Shown here one piece after another: positions 10,551 through 22,011 of a stretch of DNA of 64,000 nucleotides (positions are counted from its first letter, which is position 1; every line of letters begins with the position of its first letter). This stretch comes from a virus (Duplodnaviria > Caudoviricetes). Both the position numbers and the translations under genes were made by a program. Under the pieces are notes generated by a model that was not told the DNA's origin, ran no database searches, and saw only the letters and a program-made list of their open reading frames with translations. Location of the stretch: the IMG/VR virus record IMGVR_UViG_2721755344_000002, positions 1 through 64,000 of that record, one strand, 5' to 3'.

Positions 10551-11072
10551 TTATTCCTTCCTTATATCGTTATAGTAAATTGCTTTAATTTCGTGAAGGG
10601 ACTTGCTCTTCATATCCCCCGCTACGTACCCCAACTTCTTTAATCCATCTTTGAATTCGTCGGGAATATCCTGTCCATCCTTGGATAAAACTGTTTTCTC
10701 AGCTTGTTTTTGCTTCTTAGCCCATTCTTGTTTATATTTATCTTCCCACAATTTATCTATTATTCGCTTATCACCTTTAACAACTAACTCTGCCCTAATC
10801 TGCTTGATCACTTTGGCAACTTCCATTTTTTGTTTCTGGGTTTTGAAATATTTCATCCTAGGTTCTAATTCCTTCAAAGTTTTATGAATATGCACCCTTT
10901 GCTCGTTTGTTAGTGGACCTTTTCTCTTCATCCCTATAATTCTTCGCAATAAACCTTTCAAAGCATCCAAAACAGACTTTTCTCTTGGATCTTCCCTGTA
11001 GTATCCTTTTCTCCCCTTGGATGGAGGAACCCAAATTCTCTTAGACTTAACCATCTCAAATTCGTATTGCAT
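10551..11072 (-). CDS. Basic protein with a variant RKGK leader
   Basis: MVKSKRIWVPPSKGRKGYYREDPR. Confidence 0.6.
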   Translation of the reverse strand: MQYEFEMVKSKRIWVPPSKGRKGYYREDPREKSVLDALKGLLRRIIGMKRKGPLTNEQRVHIHKTLKELEPRMKYFKTQKQKMEVAKVIKQIRAELVVKGDKRIIDKLWEDKYKQEWAKKQKQAEKTVLSKDGQDIPDEFKDGLKKLGYVAGDMKSKSLHEIKAIYYNDIRKE

Positions 11073-11949
11073 ATTTTTCTCCTCTAGTATTAAAGGCGTA
11101 GGTAGCAGATTAGTTATCTGCTACCTTACCTACTTAACTCCTTGTCAAGAGATAATCATTGACTGTCCCCAAAAGTCGGTTAAGCACATCTAACAGCTGG
11201 ATGTTCTTTTTCTCAGCCTTCAATTGCTCACCTATCTCGGTGACGAGAGTTTTTTGTAACTCTTCCATTGAGACCTCCTTTCTGGTAGTTTTTTGAACTA
11301 CCGCCTGTTAGTTTTGCACTACCGACCCCGCTCATTTTACAAATCATACCCCCTAAATAAAACGCTAGCTGCCGGTATCCAAATCATCTCGCCAGTATCC
11401 TTATCGCCAATTAAAAAGTTAGTGACAAACCCACCTTCTTTCTCTTTATACTTATGTACATCCAGAACAGGGTATATCACATCTTCTTTAAGTAATTTGT
11501 TTCTAGGAACCAGCTTTCCCATTTCTTTTATCATTCTCACTTTTACATAGAACATTTTTCACTCCTTTCTAGGTCTTTTTTCTTCTGAATTTGTCTACTA
11601 ACTCAACAAGCGTTTTTAGACCGGCCAGTCCTCCACATATCTTTAAAATCCAATCCCAAACATCAAAAGATTTTTGGGGATCAAGAGAGTCCAGTTCAGG
11701 TTTTAAACTTTCTTCCGGTAATTTCTTCTGCGGCAATCTCTTCTGCATCTCTTCTTCAGGTAATCTCTTCTGCCTCTCTTCTGTTTTAAGTTGGAGCTCG
11801 TACTTCCTTTCTCCACGTTCCACTGCCAAACGATAATCCATGTAGGAAGCTCTACTAATCCAAACTACAATTAGGCACAAGAAAATCATACCCCATATGA
11901 AAAATTTCCATCTTTTCATATTAGAATCCGCGCCATTTTATCCGTATCA

Positions 11950-12912
11950 TTATGACTCCTTTTTCACCTGCTGGCGGTAGATCTCGGTCTTGGCGATGGC
12001 TGAGAAGGCCGAATATTCATTTATAAATGGTAATTCTTTTACTAAAAACCCCCCCGCTCCAGCGTGACCTCCGCCCCCATACTTTTCGCATATCTTCGAC
12101 ACATCAACTGACTCCGAATATACACCCACGGTATAATTTTTTCCATCAAACTCGAAAGTAAGTAATAACTCGTAATCCTTTATCCTACTACCAAAAGCAT
12201 CACTACCAAATGCCATTAGTCCTAAAGCAAAAGACTTATGCCCCTCGAACATAGTTTCAAATCCAAAAGACTTAATATAATCCTCGCAAATGCTATCCCT
12301 GTATTTAACGCACAACTTACCTTCTTCTAAAATTTTATTAAACTCAACATACTCTCTATTTCCAGCATAACCGGCTGGACTACCGAGTAATAAATCCCAT
12401 ATAGGGTCTTTAGGTTGGTGCGGATATAAGTGTAAACCTTCAACAAACTCCACCGAAGCCTGACCAAAATTAAATGCCCATTTATCTCTATCCCCGATAT
12501 ATTCTATTGCTTGAGGCATCTTATCATCCGGAAAGAAATACTTCCAGGCTAACTCACAACCTGAGAAATTCTTATCTCGAATGCCAGACAACTCAATTTC
12601 TTTACCACTTATTCCAATCCCATATTTATATTCCAAAGAAGTTAAATGGTGATCTAACCAAATAATATAAGAGGTTTTTGCCAATATCTTACTCATATCC
12701 CGAGGCTTAAAAGAAAAATCCACAATTATAAGCAACTCGTTAGGATGAATAGTATTAAAGTCAAAATTCCCTGTCTCCACAGTTTTGTAGTCAATCTCAA
12801 TTACTTCGTAAATTGAACTTCTGTTTACAAGCGGACTTCTCCAAGCTACAGCTCCTGCAGCGCGCCCATCGGGATCATTGTGAAAAAATATTTTCAAGTT
12901 GCACCTCCGCAA
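11950..12912 (-). CDS. DHH/DHHA1 phosphoesterase (NrnA/NrnB-like)
   Basis: HNDPDG, VDFS, LDHH and GGGGHAGAGGF motifs. Confidence 0.9.
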   Translation of the reverse strand: MRRCNLKIFFHNDPDGRAAGAVAWRSPLVNRSSIYEVIEIDYKTVETGNFDFNTIHPNELLIIVDFSFKPRDMSKILAKTSYIIWLDHHLTSLEYKYGIGISGKEIELSGIRDKNFSGCELAWKYFFPDDKMPQAIEYIGDRDKWAFNFGQASVEFVEGLHLYPHQPKDPIWDLLLGSPAGYAGNREYVEFNKILEEGKLCVKYRDSICEDYIKSFGFETMFEGHKSFALGLMAFGSDAFGSRIKDYELLLTFEFDGKNYTVGVYSESVDVSKICEKYGGGGHAGAGGFLVKELPFINEYSAFSAIAKTEIYRQQVKKES

Positions 12913-13481
12913 TTTGTATTTTTTGTAAACTCTTGTATTTTTTGTAGTTGGGTATAAAAATCTTTAATTGCCATATCTCTCTTCATTCCATTACAAATCT
13001 TACAACAAGAAACACAATTATCTTTTTTATAACCTCTGCGACTATCAATTCTATCTATCCCGTTGTAGATGAAAATTCCATAAAGTCCTTTCTTTTCTAC
13101 TTTATTAGTCGGTGGGCTTCCACAATAATTACAATTTTTGGAGAATAAATTTATACATTCTTCTCTTGTTAAATTGAATTCTACTTTTATATTTCTTGCA
13201 TGCCTTTTATAGCAATTAATGACATAAGTTTTAGACGATTCCCCATAATCCAACCTTCTCGTATTAACTCTCTTAGGATTCTTTGTGCGAAGACAACCAC
13301 AACTTTTAGTATGCCCACTCCTCAAGTGGAAAGTAGATACTACGGTTAGCTTTCCACAGTCGCATCTACATCTCCAATATCTTCTTTTTCTTTTAGTTCC
13401 ATTTACAGTAATAGCACCTACTGTATCCGGTCCTATAGCCATCAATTTTCCGAACCTTTGTCCGTACAAACTAAGACTCAT
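12894..13481 (-). CDS. HNH homing endonuclease
   Basis: GQRFGKL...WRCRCDCG...TKSCGC DNA-binding module plus CNYCG...GIDRIDS..GY..DNCVSCCKICN. Confidence 0.85.
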   Translation of the reverse strand: MSLSLYGQRFGKLMAIGPDTVGAITVNGTKRKRRYWRCRCDCGKLTVVSTFHLRSGHTKSCGCLRTKNPKRVNTRRLDYGESSKTYVINCYKRHARNIKVEFNLTREECINLFSKNCNYCGSPPTNKVEKKGLYGIFIYNGIDRIDSRRGYKKDNCVSCCKICNGMKRDMAIKDFYTQLQKIQEFTKNTNCGGAT

Positions 13482-13484
13482 TTT

Positions 13485-14036
13485 TTACCTCTCCATTATC
13501 ACATAGTAAAATGCTTTTTCAAGTTTCTTGTGCTTCTTTAAAAATTTAGCCGTAGCAAAATACAGGGGATACATGAACCATTCGGAATGCCACGCCCAAA
13601 GAATAGGAGCAATTTCAGGTTTTCCTAATTTTACAAATAGAGCTGGCAATACTACATCCTCCATAATTTCTATCGCAATAGCATAGGCAATAAAAACAGG
13701 ACCATGCTTTTTTCCCAACCCTTTAATTTCTTTATATGTTTTTCTTATATCTACCTTATCTCTGATTATTTTCCCTACTTTATATAAACCCTTTTTAAAT
13801 AATTTTTCGTATTTTCCCAATTTACGATTATATTTAAGTTGTTCCTCAATTAAACGATGAGTCGCTTCAACAACAGCATTATACGACTCTGGAGTTCCTT
13901 TATCGAAATCCGGAAGAGTAATGTGTGTATTCAAAGGAAGTCCAGGTTGAATAGGATCATACTCTCTCCCGTACTCCCTTACCATTTCTAAACCGTGTCT
14001 GCCCTGCCTAACATGAGCTTTAACTCTTGCTTCCAC
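13485..14036 (-). CDS. Leader-motif protein with hydrophobic C-terminal segments
   Basis: RVKAHVRQGRHGLEMVREYGR variant leader. Confidence 0.6.
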   Translation of the reverse strand: MEARVKAHVRQGRHGLEMVREYGREYDPIQPGLPLNTHITLPDFDKGTPESYNAVVEATHRLIEEQLKYNRKLGKYEKLFKKGLYKVGKIIRDKVDIRKTYKEIKGLGKKHGPVFIAYAIAIEIMEDVVLPALFVKLGKPEIAPILWAWHSEWFMYPLYFATAKFLKKHKKLEKAFYYVIMER

Positions 14037-15066
14037 TCTTGGCCTCTTTCTCCAACTTTTTGAGTCTCGTGTAATAATCTGGGATCTCCTTCAAGTGAGC
14101 CAAAGCTATCCAACGAGCCAATTCTGGATATTTAGTATGTTCGGACTCAATTTTAATTCCCATAGATAGTTCTCTAAGATTTGGCTTGACTCCTTTTCCA
14201 TGCTCGATCAAATCACTTAGTATTCCGTAAATCTTTGCCTCGAGCTCGTCGGTTTCAATCTTCATCCTATCGGATAAATCGTGAATCTTCTTATCTGGAG
14301 GAAAAGGATTATCTACAATAAACTTGATAGCCTTACCTTCTACCGATTTTTTGAAGTGTTCTGCCTCTTTCTTTCGAGCTATTAATTTTTCTTGATACTG
14401 TTTAGCATATCCTTTAGGTTCATGTACGACTTTGCCGCCAAAGGTTATTTGAGGTTCTGATTCCTCCGATTCCGTAGCTTGTAATTTTTTTAAAGCTACC
14501 CCAAGATTTTCCATTATATTTGATTTTACTTCCTGCACAGCATCTCGAAGTATTTTCTCATCCACTCCTTTTACATCTTTTAAAGCTTCTTCCATACCTT
14601 CCGCAATTCCCAGCATCAAACCTTCTATCAATTTGCTTTTTATACTGGGTGGATGTTTCTTAGGTTCTCCTTCTGTTGTAAAAGGTTCGCCAAGTTTCCA
14701 TGATTTAACTTCTTGCTCCCTCATTACCTTATCAGCATCTTTTTCGCCATACAATTCTTTCAAAGTTTCGTAATGGCTTGGAATAGATTTCTCGCCGTGT
14801 TTGTAGGCTTTTTGGTATCGGTAAATATCGACGTCATGAACTGTTTTAACATCACCAGGGGTCATTATACGTCTTTCAATAGCTTCCTTTTTTAATGCTT
14901 TATGTCTAACTTGCATCTGATCTTGTTCTTGTGTTAAAACCTTACCAACCAAATCTTCCGTTGATTTCTTTTCCTGCTCTCTTGTAAATCCTTTTACTTG
15001 CTCCATTTTTCCTTTACGAGTTCTGGTAAAGGGTTTTACTTGAACGGCTTTAATTATGTATTTCAT
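14020..15066 (-). CDS. RKGK-leader protein with a C-terminal DUF5661-like domain
   Basis: IIKAVQVKPFTRTRKGK leader; MGIKIESEHT...IALAHLKEIPDYYTRL. Confidence 0.7.
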   Translation of the reverse strand: MKYIIKAVQVKPFTRTRKGKMEQVKGFTREQEKKSTEDLVGKVLTQEQDQMQVRHKALKKEAIERRIMTPGDVKTVHDVDIYRYQKAYKHGEKSIPSHYETLKELYGEKDADKVMREQEVKSWKLGEPFTTEGEPKKHPPSIKSKLIEGLMLGIAEGMEEALKDVKGVDEKILRDAVQEVKSNIMENLGVALKKLQATESEESEPQITFGGKVVHEPKGYAKQYQEKLIARKKEAEHFKKSVEGKAIKFIVDNPFPPDKKIHDLSDRMKIETDELEAKIYGILSDLIEHGKGVKPNLRELSMGIKIESEHTKYPELARWIALAHLKEIPDYYTRLKKLEKEAKSGSKS

Positions 15067-15086
15067 TCTTTCTCCTCAACTTTTAC

Positions 15087-17849
15087 TTAACTTTTAGTCA
15101 AACTTTTAGTCAAACTTTTAGTCAAACTTTTAGTCAAACTTTTAGTCCATCCTGCTAATGCTTTTTCTAACTGGACTGCATCTATTCCCTTCATTATTGC
15201 TTCTTCTACAAGATAAAGAACTTTAGATAGCGACTCTTTAAATAAAATATTTGCCATTCTTGATTCTCTATGATTCACCATAGCTTTCTTTAAAGGACTA
15301 TCATCAGGCAACCTCGCAAACACCCATTGTTCGTAAGCTCTAGCCCATATCTCTGTAGGCATATCAAAGTATTTTCTCCATTTTTTTGGATTTCTCATTT
15401 CCTTTAATCCTTCCAAAAGTCCCCAATGCTCTGGAGTTTTTCTAATTGCACTTACCACCTTCAAAATAATATTAAGGGGAATTATTTGGTCTTCAAGAAA
15501 ATGACCAAACTCGTGAGGCAAACCTTCATGCGCAGTTTCTTTAAACTCTATTAAAGAGCATCCTGTAAAATATACTGCTCTTGCATGTTGGTGCCCACTT
15601 CTTCCGCCTCTTATTTTTAAGGCTGTTCTGTTAGATGCTTGCTTTTGCAAATCCACATTGTGCAACCTCGCAAGCTCTGACATCATCATTAAAGCATTAT
15701 TTTCAATTTCTTTTTTCCATTCGGATGGTGTTTTCCATCCTTCTATACCTTTTACTTGTGTAGGCTCATAAATAATACCCATCTCTTTCCACGATTGAGG
15801 TTTTGGCCTGAGAGGTCTTTCTTCCAAAACATAAAGTAAAACATCCTCTTTCGTTTGTTCCTTTTGAGCTTCCAAAACAATTAGGTTCACTTCTGCTTTT
15901 GCTTGCTTTTTATCTCCTCCCTCTTTTATGTAAGCTGTTTCAAATCTCTGCACCATATCCCATGCATTATCTTTAAGTATTTGGTTATCTGGATCTTTTA
16001 TAACTTGTTTAGTAAGCTCTGCTACCCACTTTCGTAATTCTTCTGCTGGTAATTCGTGAAACTTCGTCCTATATAGCTCCCCAATTTTATCTCTTGGGTC
16101 TACTCTATCATACCCAACTACATACTTACCTTTTCTTTGATAAGGCTTAACCTGTACTCGTTTGGATTTCTCTATCGCTTCCTCCTTAAAACTAGCAAGT
16201 TCCTCGTAAGGAACAATTCGCCACTTAAACTGCGAATATAATTTTTGTGCTTTCTCCATCCGTTTATTTGCGTTCGGTCCGACTATCCAAATCTCTTTCA
16301 CTACTTCTATAGGATTCTTAATTGGTTCGCTCCTAACTTCCATTTCATCCGCCATAGATGCAGTATAAGCTTTTCCGTGTTCCCATTCGTAATCCTTGTT
16401 TTTACTCCAATCTGTTACAGGTTTGTAACGAACAGGTCTTGCTCCGTTCTTCTCAGCTTTTTCCTTATCTAAAACATAAACATAACCTTCCACTACGTCC
16501 CCTATAAAGATTCCTGCCATAGAGGGATGAATGGTCATATATACTGTTCCAGCAGTTTGATCGCCCGATAAGGGCTTTCCAGCCAGTATGTCTATAACTG
16601 CATGGTCAACATCGTTCGCCATAATTCCTCGATATATTACTTTAGATTTCTTATATTCATCTTGAAACTTCTTATTATAATTCTTGAGTTCCTCCAAAAA
16701 ATTTTTATACTCAAGCTCCTCCCCGTAAATTGCTATTAAAGAATCTATTGCTATTTGCTTTCCTTTCCTTCGCAAATCTTCTACTTCCCTTGTATCTTTG
16801 TATAATGCCTGTAAAAATTTATCTGTATCAGACTCATTCCAATAATCTTTCTCAGGTAAATGAGTTGGAATAGATTCTGGATGAACTTTTCTCTGCCTTC
16901 TACTAAAAGGTTCTCCAAGTTTCTCATCGTTTTCAATAATACCACCCCAGGATCGCACAAATTCATTTATAAATTCCAAATCATTGTGGCTAAATTGCAA
17001 CTCCCATTTATTAGTAACAGGATTTTTCCCCATTAATCTGTAAGGCCAATTCTCACCTCTTCTTGTAACCCTATATACAGTAGGACGTTGAGCATTCTTT
17101 ACTTGCGGTTTTGTTTCAGTTAGTTTTTCAAAACCCGATCTTGAAATAATATTTTCCCATCCTTTTACGTCCATCCCTACGCTAACTTTTATTTTACCAG
17201 AAATTCCTGGAATTTTTCTAATCTCGGATAAAACCGATGTTAAAAGCCCCTTTCCTCTCAATTCATCTGGAATATAAACATTAGAAAGTTCAATATCTCC
17301 ATTAGTGTTTATTTTTAAGCTAAGTGTCTGATCTGGCATAGAAAAAGTTTTATTTTTATTCCAAAATTGAATAGTTATCCAATCTCCTTCTTTAACCGAT
17401 CTAACATCATATTTTGTGGATAACTTTTCCGTAGCACTTTTAAACGATTGTTCAATTTTCTTATCTCTTGGGTCTACTCTATCATACCCAACTACATACT
17501 TACCTTTTCTTTGATAAGGCTTAACCTGTACTCGTTTGGATTTCTCTATCATTACATACTTTACTTCTCTTCCAAGTCTGTCCCAAATATTATGACTTAT
17601 ATCTACTACTTCATCCTCAAATTCCTTTTCCCTCTTTTCATCTTCTTTAGTTTTAAATTTACTACCTTCCCAATTAGGTCTAATCCTACGGGGTAGTCCT
17701 ACCCATGCTCTGTAATCTCCCACCTGTATTTCATTAATAGTCTGGCCTTTTATCGGGGGAGCAGGCTTCTCAGTCTGGATTTCATTCTCGCTTTTGTTCT
17801 TTCCCAACTTAAAATAATTCTTAACTGTTATCATACTTACCACTTCCAA
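15087..17849 (-). CDS. Polyvalent protein: two RKGK leaders, GNAT-like, ART-like and zincin/LPD1-like domains
   Basis: IEKSKRVQVKPYQRKGKYVVGYDRVDPRDK x2; ELRGKGL (GNAT); YRG...T..P...EMEV (ART-like); HEFGH...PTEIWARAYEQW. Confidence 0.72.
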   Translation of the reverse strand: MEVVSMITVKNYFKLGKNKSENEIQTEKPAPPIKGQTINEIQVGDYRAWVGLPRRIRPNWEGSKFKTKEDEKREKEFEDEVVDISHNIWDRLGREVKYVMIEKSKRVQVKPYQRKGKYVVGYDRVDPRDKKIEQSFKSATEKLSTKYDVRSVKEGDWITIQFWNKNKTFSMPDQTLSLKINTNGDIELSNVYIPDELRGKGLLTSVLSEIRKIPGISGKIKVSVGMDVKGWENIISRSGFEKLTETKPQVKNAQRPTVYRVTRRGENWPYRLMGKNPVTNKWELQFSHNDLEFINEFVRSWGGIIENDEKLGEPFSRRQRKVHPESIPTHLPEKDYWNESDTDKFLQALYKDTREVEDLRRKGKQIAIDSLIAIYGEELEYKNFLEELKNYNKKFQDEYKKSKVIYRGIMANDVDHAVIDILAGKPLSGDQTAGTVYMTIHPSMAGIFIGDVVEGYVYVLDKEKAEKNGARPVRYKPVTDWSKNKDYEWEHGKAYTASMADEMEVRSEPIKNPIEVVKEIWIVGPNANKRMEKAQKLYSQFKWRIVPYEELASFKEEAIEKSKRVQVKPYQRKGKYVVGYDRVDPRDKIGELYRTKFHELPAEELRKWVAELTKQVIKDPDNQILKDNAWDMVQRFETAYIKEGGDKKQAKAEVNLIVLEAQKEQTKEDVLLYVLEERPLRPKPQSWKEMGIIYEPTQVKGIEGWKTPSEWKKEIENNALMMMSELARLHNVDLQKQASNRTALKIRGGRSGHQHARAVYFTGCSLIEFKETAHEGLPHEFGHFLEDQIIPLNIILKVVSAIRKTPEHWGLLEGLKEMRNPKKWRKYFDMPTEIWARAYEQWVFARLPDDSPLKKAMVNHRESRMANILFKESLSKVLYLVEEAIMKGIDAVQLEKALAGWTKSLTKSLTKSLTKSLTKS
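15090..15146. repeat. 12-bp tandem repeat encoding (LTKS)n at the C-terminus of the 920-aa protein
   Basis: AACTTTTAGTCA x4-5. Confidence 0.9.
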
Positions 17850-18297
17850 AATATTTCCTGTAATCCATAGTAAAATCTGATCTTCCTATAGCATTATTTA
17901 ACCATTTAGCAACTCTTTCTCTATCAAAAGACGCATCCTTTTCCCAAAATGTCTTTTCAAAGTAAGATGGAATATACCCCATATCATTCATATTATTCTT
18001 ATTTTTAAACCTAACTATAACCATCTGTTTCGTCCCTCTACCAACACCCACATATGCTGAATCATAATATACATCAGCAAGATGACCTTTAGGTCCAACA
18101 AACTGTGTACTAACTCCTAAACCTAATCCTCTAATCTTTCCAAGCTTAAACATTCCAAAATAAGGATGTTTTCCCTTACCATCCCAATCTTTCTCCGGCT
18201 CACCTACTCTCTCGTGCTCCTTAACACGTTCCATTTTACCCTTTCGAGTTCTTACATGGGCTTTCACTCTCGACTTTTCTAAAATTACGTAATTCAT
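17821..18297 (-). CDS. RKGK-leader protein
   Basis: ILEKSRVKAHVRTRKGKMERVKEHERVGEP. Confidence 0.7.
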   Translation of the reverse strand: MNYVILEKSRVKAHVRTRKGKMERVKEHERVGEPEKDWDGKGKHPYFGMFKLGKIRGLGLGVSTQFVGPKGHLADVYYDSAYVGVGRGTKQMVIVRFKNKNNMNDMGYIPSYFEKTFWEKDASFDRERVAKWLNNAIGRSDFTMDYRKYFGSGKYDNS

Positions 18298-18303
18298 ATT
18301 TTC

Positions 18304-20370
18304 CTATTTTATTAAATCAAATAAGCCTATTAAAGCTTTCTTCAGCGACTCCGAACCTCGAATAGCCACTATCAAATTCTCTATAGACTTATTAATAGCT
18401 TTCCTTTCTTCTCCCTGAGGATAAGGTTCTACTTCTCTCTCCGCACCTTTTACCTGAACTTTAGTCCCATACTTAACTTTAGTCCCTGCTACAAGATAAG
18501 TCGAATCTCTTCCACCTTCATCTAATTTATCTTCCACATAACTTTCAAATGCTCTCGCAAATAATTCGTGAGGTCTTTTCCAGTAAACACCCAGAGTTTC
18601 AGCAGCTCTATAATAGTTAGTACTCTTATCTCTTACCATCCTATTATATTCTCTTATCGAATCATTCAAAGCGACTCGAGCTTGCTCTTTCTTCTTAGCT
18701 ATTTCACCTGTAGGATTTTTATAGTCTGAAGGCAACTCATAATAAGTCTTTCTTAGTACAGCCGTAGTTGATCTCATAGTTGCTAACTCCGCTTGTTTCT
18801 GTTGGGCATCCCCTGTACCTTTCTTAATAGTATTCATCACATTCTGAAAAGCATAAACTACATCTTTGTGTTTTGGGTCTGCAGCAACAACCCTACCGCC
18901 AGAAAGATACTCCGTCTTTCCCTTTTCGCCCGCGATCGCCTCAGCCAAGATATTATCAAGAGCGTGACCCCATTCGTGAGCAGCACACCCACCCCCTGAA
19001 AACTTAGTAAGGTTAATAACCTTCTTCATAGGTTCATAATGTGCCCGAGCCTTGCCTGCACCTCGAGCCCCTATTGCCAGGGCTAATTTTCCTTTCAAGG
19101 AAACATCCGTCTTTTCAAACCCTAAAATGTCTGCCAGGTCGGAAAGAGCTTCCCAGGCGTGTTGGATGTGATACCTAGCGTCGTCATCAGATATCCAGTT
19201 GCCATATTCCACTCCTCGTAAGTCAAATGATTTCAATATGTTATCTGCGGTAGTATCTGGAGGTGCATTATCTCCTCCATTCCTCTCTATTTCTGAACTA
19301 ACTTTCCTTTCCCACTCGAACCTCTTCTGTTTTTCTCCTACTTCCTTCTTACCTGCCCAAGACCAGTCGTTAGCCTTATCCATCTTTCGAGCCAGAGCCC
19401 AATCTCTAGTCCAAAACACGCTGGTTTTCTTACCAAATCCATACCAACCATGTCCCCTTGCAGAATCAGTTACTATTGTACTAACTCTAACTCCCAATGA
19501 TTTCAGATAGTTATTAGCTGTAGTATCTTCACTCGGTACATAAATCCTGAACTCTCCACCCCACATCCCTCCACCTGTGCCTTCTATTTTCTCTACAAAA
19601 GCATTAGTATATCCAAGCTTTTTTAGAGCTTTAGTTTGGTCATAAAAAGGATGAGCGGGATCCGTTCCAGTTATAGATAGCTGTTGTAACTCCTCTCCTT
19701 TAATTACCCTTTCAGGTTTTCTCATCTGCCGTAGCTGGTCAAATTCTGTAATAAAATTAAGAACATCCGCTACTGTTTTGCTGTTATTAAAACTACCCTG
19801 AACAAACTCCGAAGCATGAACGAATGCTTCTCGCATTTCTGGACTGTCCGGGGGTCTGCTATTTACTGCCAATAGAAACTGCTGTTTCATATAAGCTGCT
19901 CCAGGACTTACCCCCATCTGCTGTTCTGTTACAACGTTAAGAGGTGCAAACACAGATTGTTTCGTAACCTTCTCGTAAGCTACCTTAACCCCTTGTTCTT
20001 CAACAGCTTTTATATTCTCTGCCGATATTTCCGCCCAGATATCCTTTTTAGCCCCACCAATCTTGGCCCCGACATCGTGATGCTCCTTCCTGTGAGCCCA
20101 TTTTAGCTTCTCTTCCGCCGTCATTCCAGGCTTAACTCTGTAAGGTTCGCCATATGGATAAACTTCTTTGTGCCTAAAGGGTTGCTGAAAGGGTTGATAT
20201 TCCCCCATCTCAAACGGAGCCCTCATACCCATTCGCTGCCTGATCTCTGCCCTTGCTTCTCTAGCCTCCCTGCTTTCTCGAGTATACCCTATCACATACT
20301 TACCTTTGCGTTGATAAGGTCTAACCCTAACTTGTGCTTTCTCTAAAACTACATATTTTGATTTTTTCAT
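18304..20370 (-). CDS. RKGK-leader polyvalent protein with an LPD1 (zincin-like) domain
   Basis: Likely start MKKSKY at 20370; DVGAKIGGAKKD, RGVEYGNW, LAIGARG, AHYEP..VINLT, AHEWGHALD, ELFARAFESYV, PYPQGEER. Confidence 0.85.
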   Translation of the reverse strand: MKKSKYVVLEKAQVRVRPYQRKGKYVIGYTRESREAREARAEIRQRMGMRAPFEMGEYQPFQQPFRHKEVYPYGEPYRVKPGMTAEEKLKWAHRKEHHDVGAKIGGAKKDIWAEISAENIKAVEEQGVKVAYEKVTKQSVFAPLNVVTEQQMGVSPGAAYMKQQFLLAVNSRPPDSPEMREAFVHASEFVQGSFNNSKTVADVLNFITEFDQLRQMRKPERVIKGEELQQLSITGTDPAHPFYDQTKALKKLGYTNAFVEKIEGTGGGMWGGEFRIYVPSEDTTANNYLKSLGVRVSTIVTDSARGHGWYGFGKKTSVFWTRDWALARKMDKANDWSWAGKKEVGEKQKRFEWERKVSSEIERNGGDNAPPDTTADNILKSFDLRGVEYGNWISDDDARYHIQHAWEALSDLADILGFEKTDVSLKGKLALAIGARGAGKARAHYEPMKKVINLTKFSGGGCAAHEWGHALDNILAEAIAGEKGKTEYLSGGRVVAADPKHKDVVYAFQNVMNTIKKGTGDAQQKQAELATMRSTTAVLRKTYYELPSDYKNPTGEIAKKKEQARVALNDSIREYNRMVRDKSTNYYRAAETLGVYWKRPHELFARAFESYVEDKLDEGGRDSTYLVAGTKVKYGTKVQVKGAEREVEPYPQGEERKAINKSIENLIVAIRGSESLKKALIGLFDLIK

Positions 20371-21056
20371 TGAACATCCTCGAAGACATGGCCGTTTCTG
20401 CAACGAAATCTTCTCACCCATAAATGGTCTCGCTTAAATCTGCTACCCACCTGAACTGCTGACTTACCACACATCGGACACACATACCCGCTTTTATTTA
20501 AACTACCTTCTTTTATTTCCAATTTTTCCAATTCCTCTTGCGCCCTCTCGAGTGCTCCCAATGTCAACTTTCTTACCCTTAATGATCTGACTCGATTAGC
20601 CTTCCATCTTAGATGCTTAATATCGTTATTTAATTCTGTCACACGTCTACTTTTCCTTTTTTTCCTATCTGTTGCTCCAACAGTTCTTGATTTAATCAAA
20701 TCGGTTACTACATATTTCGTTTCAGCTTTTTTCCAAGCGCAATCCAAAAAGTCATAAGTAGACCCATCAAATATCCTACACCCTTGCGGTCTTTGGTGAT
20801 ACATCTCGCACGTAAATCCTTTATCAGACTTACTGAGGTGAGGACATGGATAAGGGAGTTTAACATAAAGATTGTCTTTAGTTTCTCGTACGATTTCGCA
20901 ACCTCTCGCATTTAACCAATCCTCCGTAATTGCTTTGTTCATTCCATCGGGTCTAGTAATTGGCAAAACCAGGCATTGGCAACACTTACCACACGTTTTG
21001 CAAAGGTTACTCTTCTCTAATTCACTTAACATCTTCTTCCTCTCCATGTTCTTCAT
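20367..21056 (-). CDS. YkgJ-like cysteine-cluster protein fused to a basic C-terminal module
   Basis: CKTCGKCC...CPHL...CEMY..RPQGCR; then LIKSRTVGATDRKKRK and a CPMC..CRNGH ribbon. Confidence 0.75.
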   Translation of the reverse strand: MKNMERKKMLSELEKSNLCKTCGKCCQCLVLPITRPDGMNKAITEDWLNARGCEIVRETKDNLYVKLPYPCPHLSKSDKGFTCEMYHQRPQGCRIFDGSTYDFLDCAWKKAETKYVVTDLIKSRTVGATDRKKRKSRRVTELNNDIKHLRWKANRVRSLRVRKLTLGALERAQEELEKLEIKEGSLNKSGYVCPMCGKSAVQVGSRFKRDHLWVRRFRCRNGHVFEDVQ

Positions 21057-21396
21057 ACTTTATAGCGGATAGTATCTTGAAAATCTTTTCAAAAAACTAT
21101 CAAAAGAATTTTTTTCAACAATAATAGTTTCTATGCCATTCTCATAACCATTAGGGCATAAATAAAAAACCCTATACTGCCCTGCACTCAGAAATCTAAC
21201 AAATTTTTGGTAAATTCCTGTAGAGGTTTCAGTTAGTTCCCCTTTCTCGATTTCAATATCTGGAAGTCTTGTAATTGTGTATTCAATAGACAAGCCCGAT
21301 ACAGAATTTCCAGAACCATCAGTAACCAAAACTTCCAGATAATATGGTTCATTAACATATAATCTCAACTAGCATCATCGCCTCTGTGTCAAAATT

Positions 21397-22011
21397 TTAT
21401 TTTACCAACAGAATATCCAAATAATCCGTATAGGCTATTCCTGCGGGATCACTGGATTTCATTTTTAGCAAAGCTTTATGTTTCCCACCAACCAAGTCAG
21501 ATATATCAAATTCACCGGAAACTAATTCATAAGTTTCAGATGTACTTTCCATCGTAGCTCTTGCTCCAACTTCATCATCAATATAAATTTTAGCTGTAGC
21601 TGTATTCAGTTCATCGTTGGTTTTTAAAGTAGCAACAACCCTCATCTTTACGGGTTCTACTACTCCTACCTTTTTAGAAAAACTAAATTCTTTTAAACCA
21701 ACTTCAACATCTCCTTCTACATTCAGCTCGGTTTCATCTCCTACAAAAGTAACAACTTTTACATCATCGTTTGCTTTCGCCAACGTAACAACACTATCTT
21801 TCAGCTTTCCAGTTGAAATAGCCAAATCAGCTAACTTAGCTTCAAGAACTGCTCCATCAGCTAACTTAGAATTATCAACAGCATCATTTGCAATTTTTGG
21901 AGTAGTAACTGCTCCATCTGCTAATTTTGCTTCTGTAACAGAACCATCAGCAACTTCCCCGACTTTTCTTATATTTAGCGCCATAATATCACCTCCTCTC
22001 TTCTCCGACAT
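21397..22011 (-). CDS. Virion fibre/decoration-like protein with 10-aa repeats
   Basis: [10 protein letters not shown]-type decapeptide repeated about 6 times. Confidence 0.65.
   Translation of the reverse strand: MSEKRGGDIMALNIRKVGEVADGSVTEAKLADGAVTTPKIANDAVDNSKLADGAVLEAKLADLAISTGKLKDSVVTLAKANDDVKVVTFVGDETELNVEGDVEVGLKEFSFSKKVGVVEPVKMRVVATLKTNDELNTATAKIYIDDEVGARATMESTSETYELVSGEFDISDLVGGKHKALLKMKSSDPAGIAYTDYLDILLVK

Noticed and set aside
11100-11126. 11-bp perfect hairpin as an intrinsic terminator
   Set aside because: The stem is real but lacks a convincing U-tract on either strand; function unassigned
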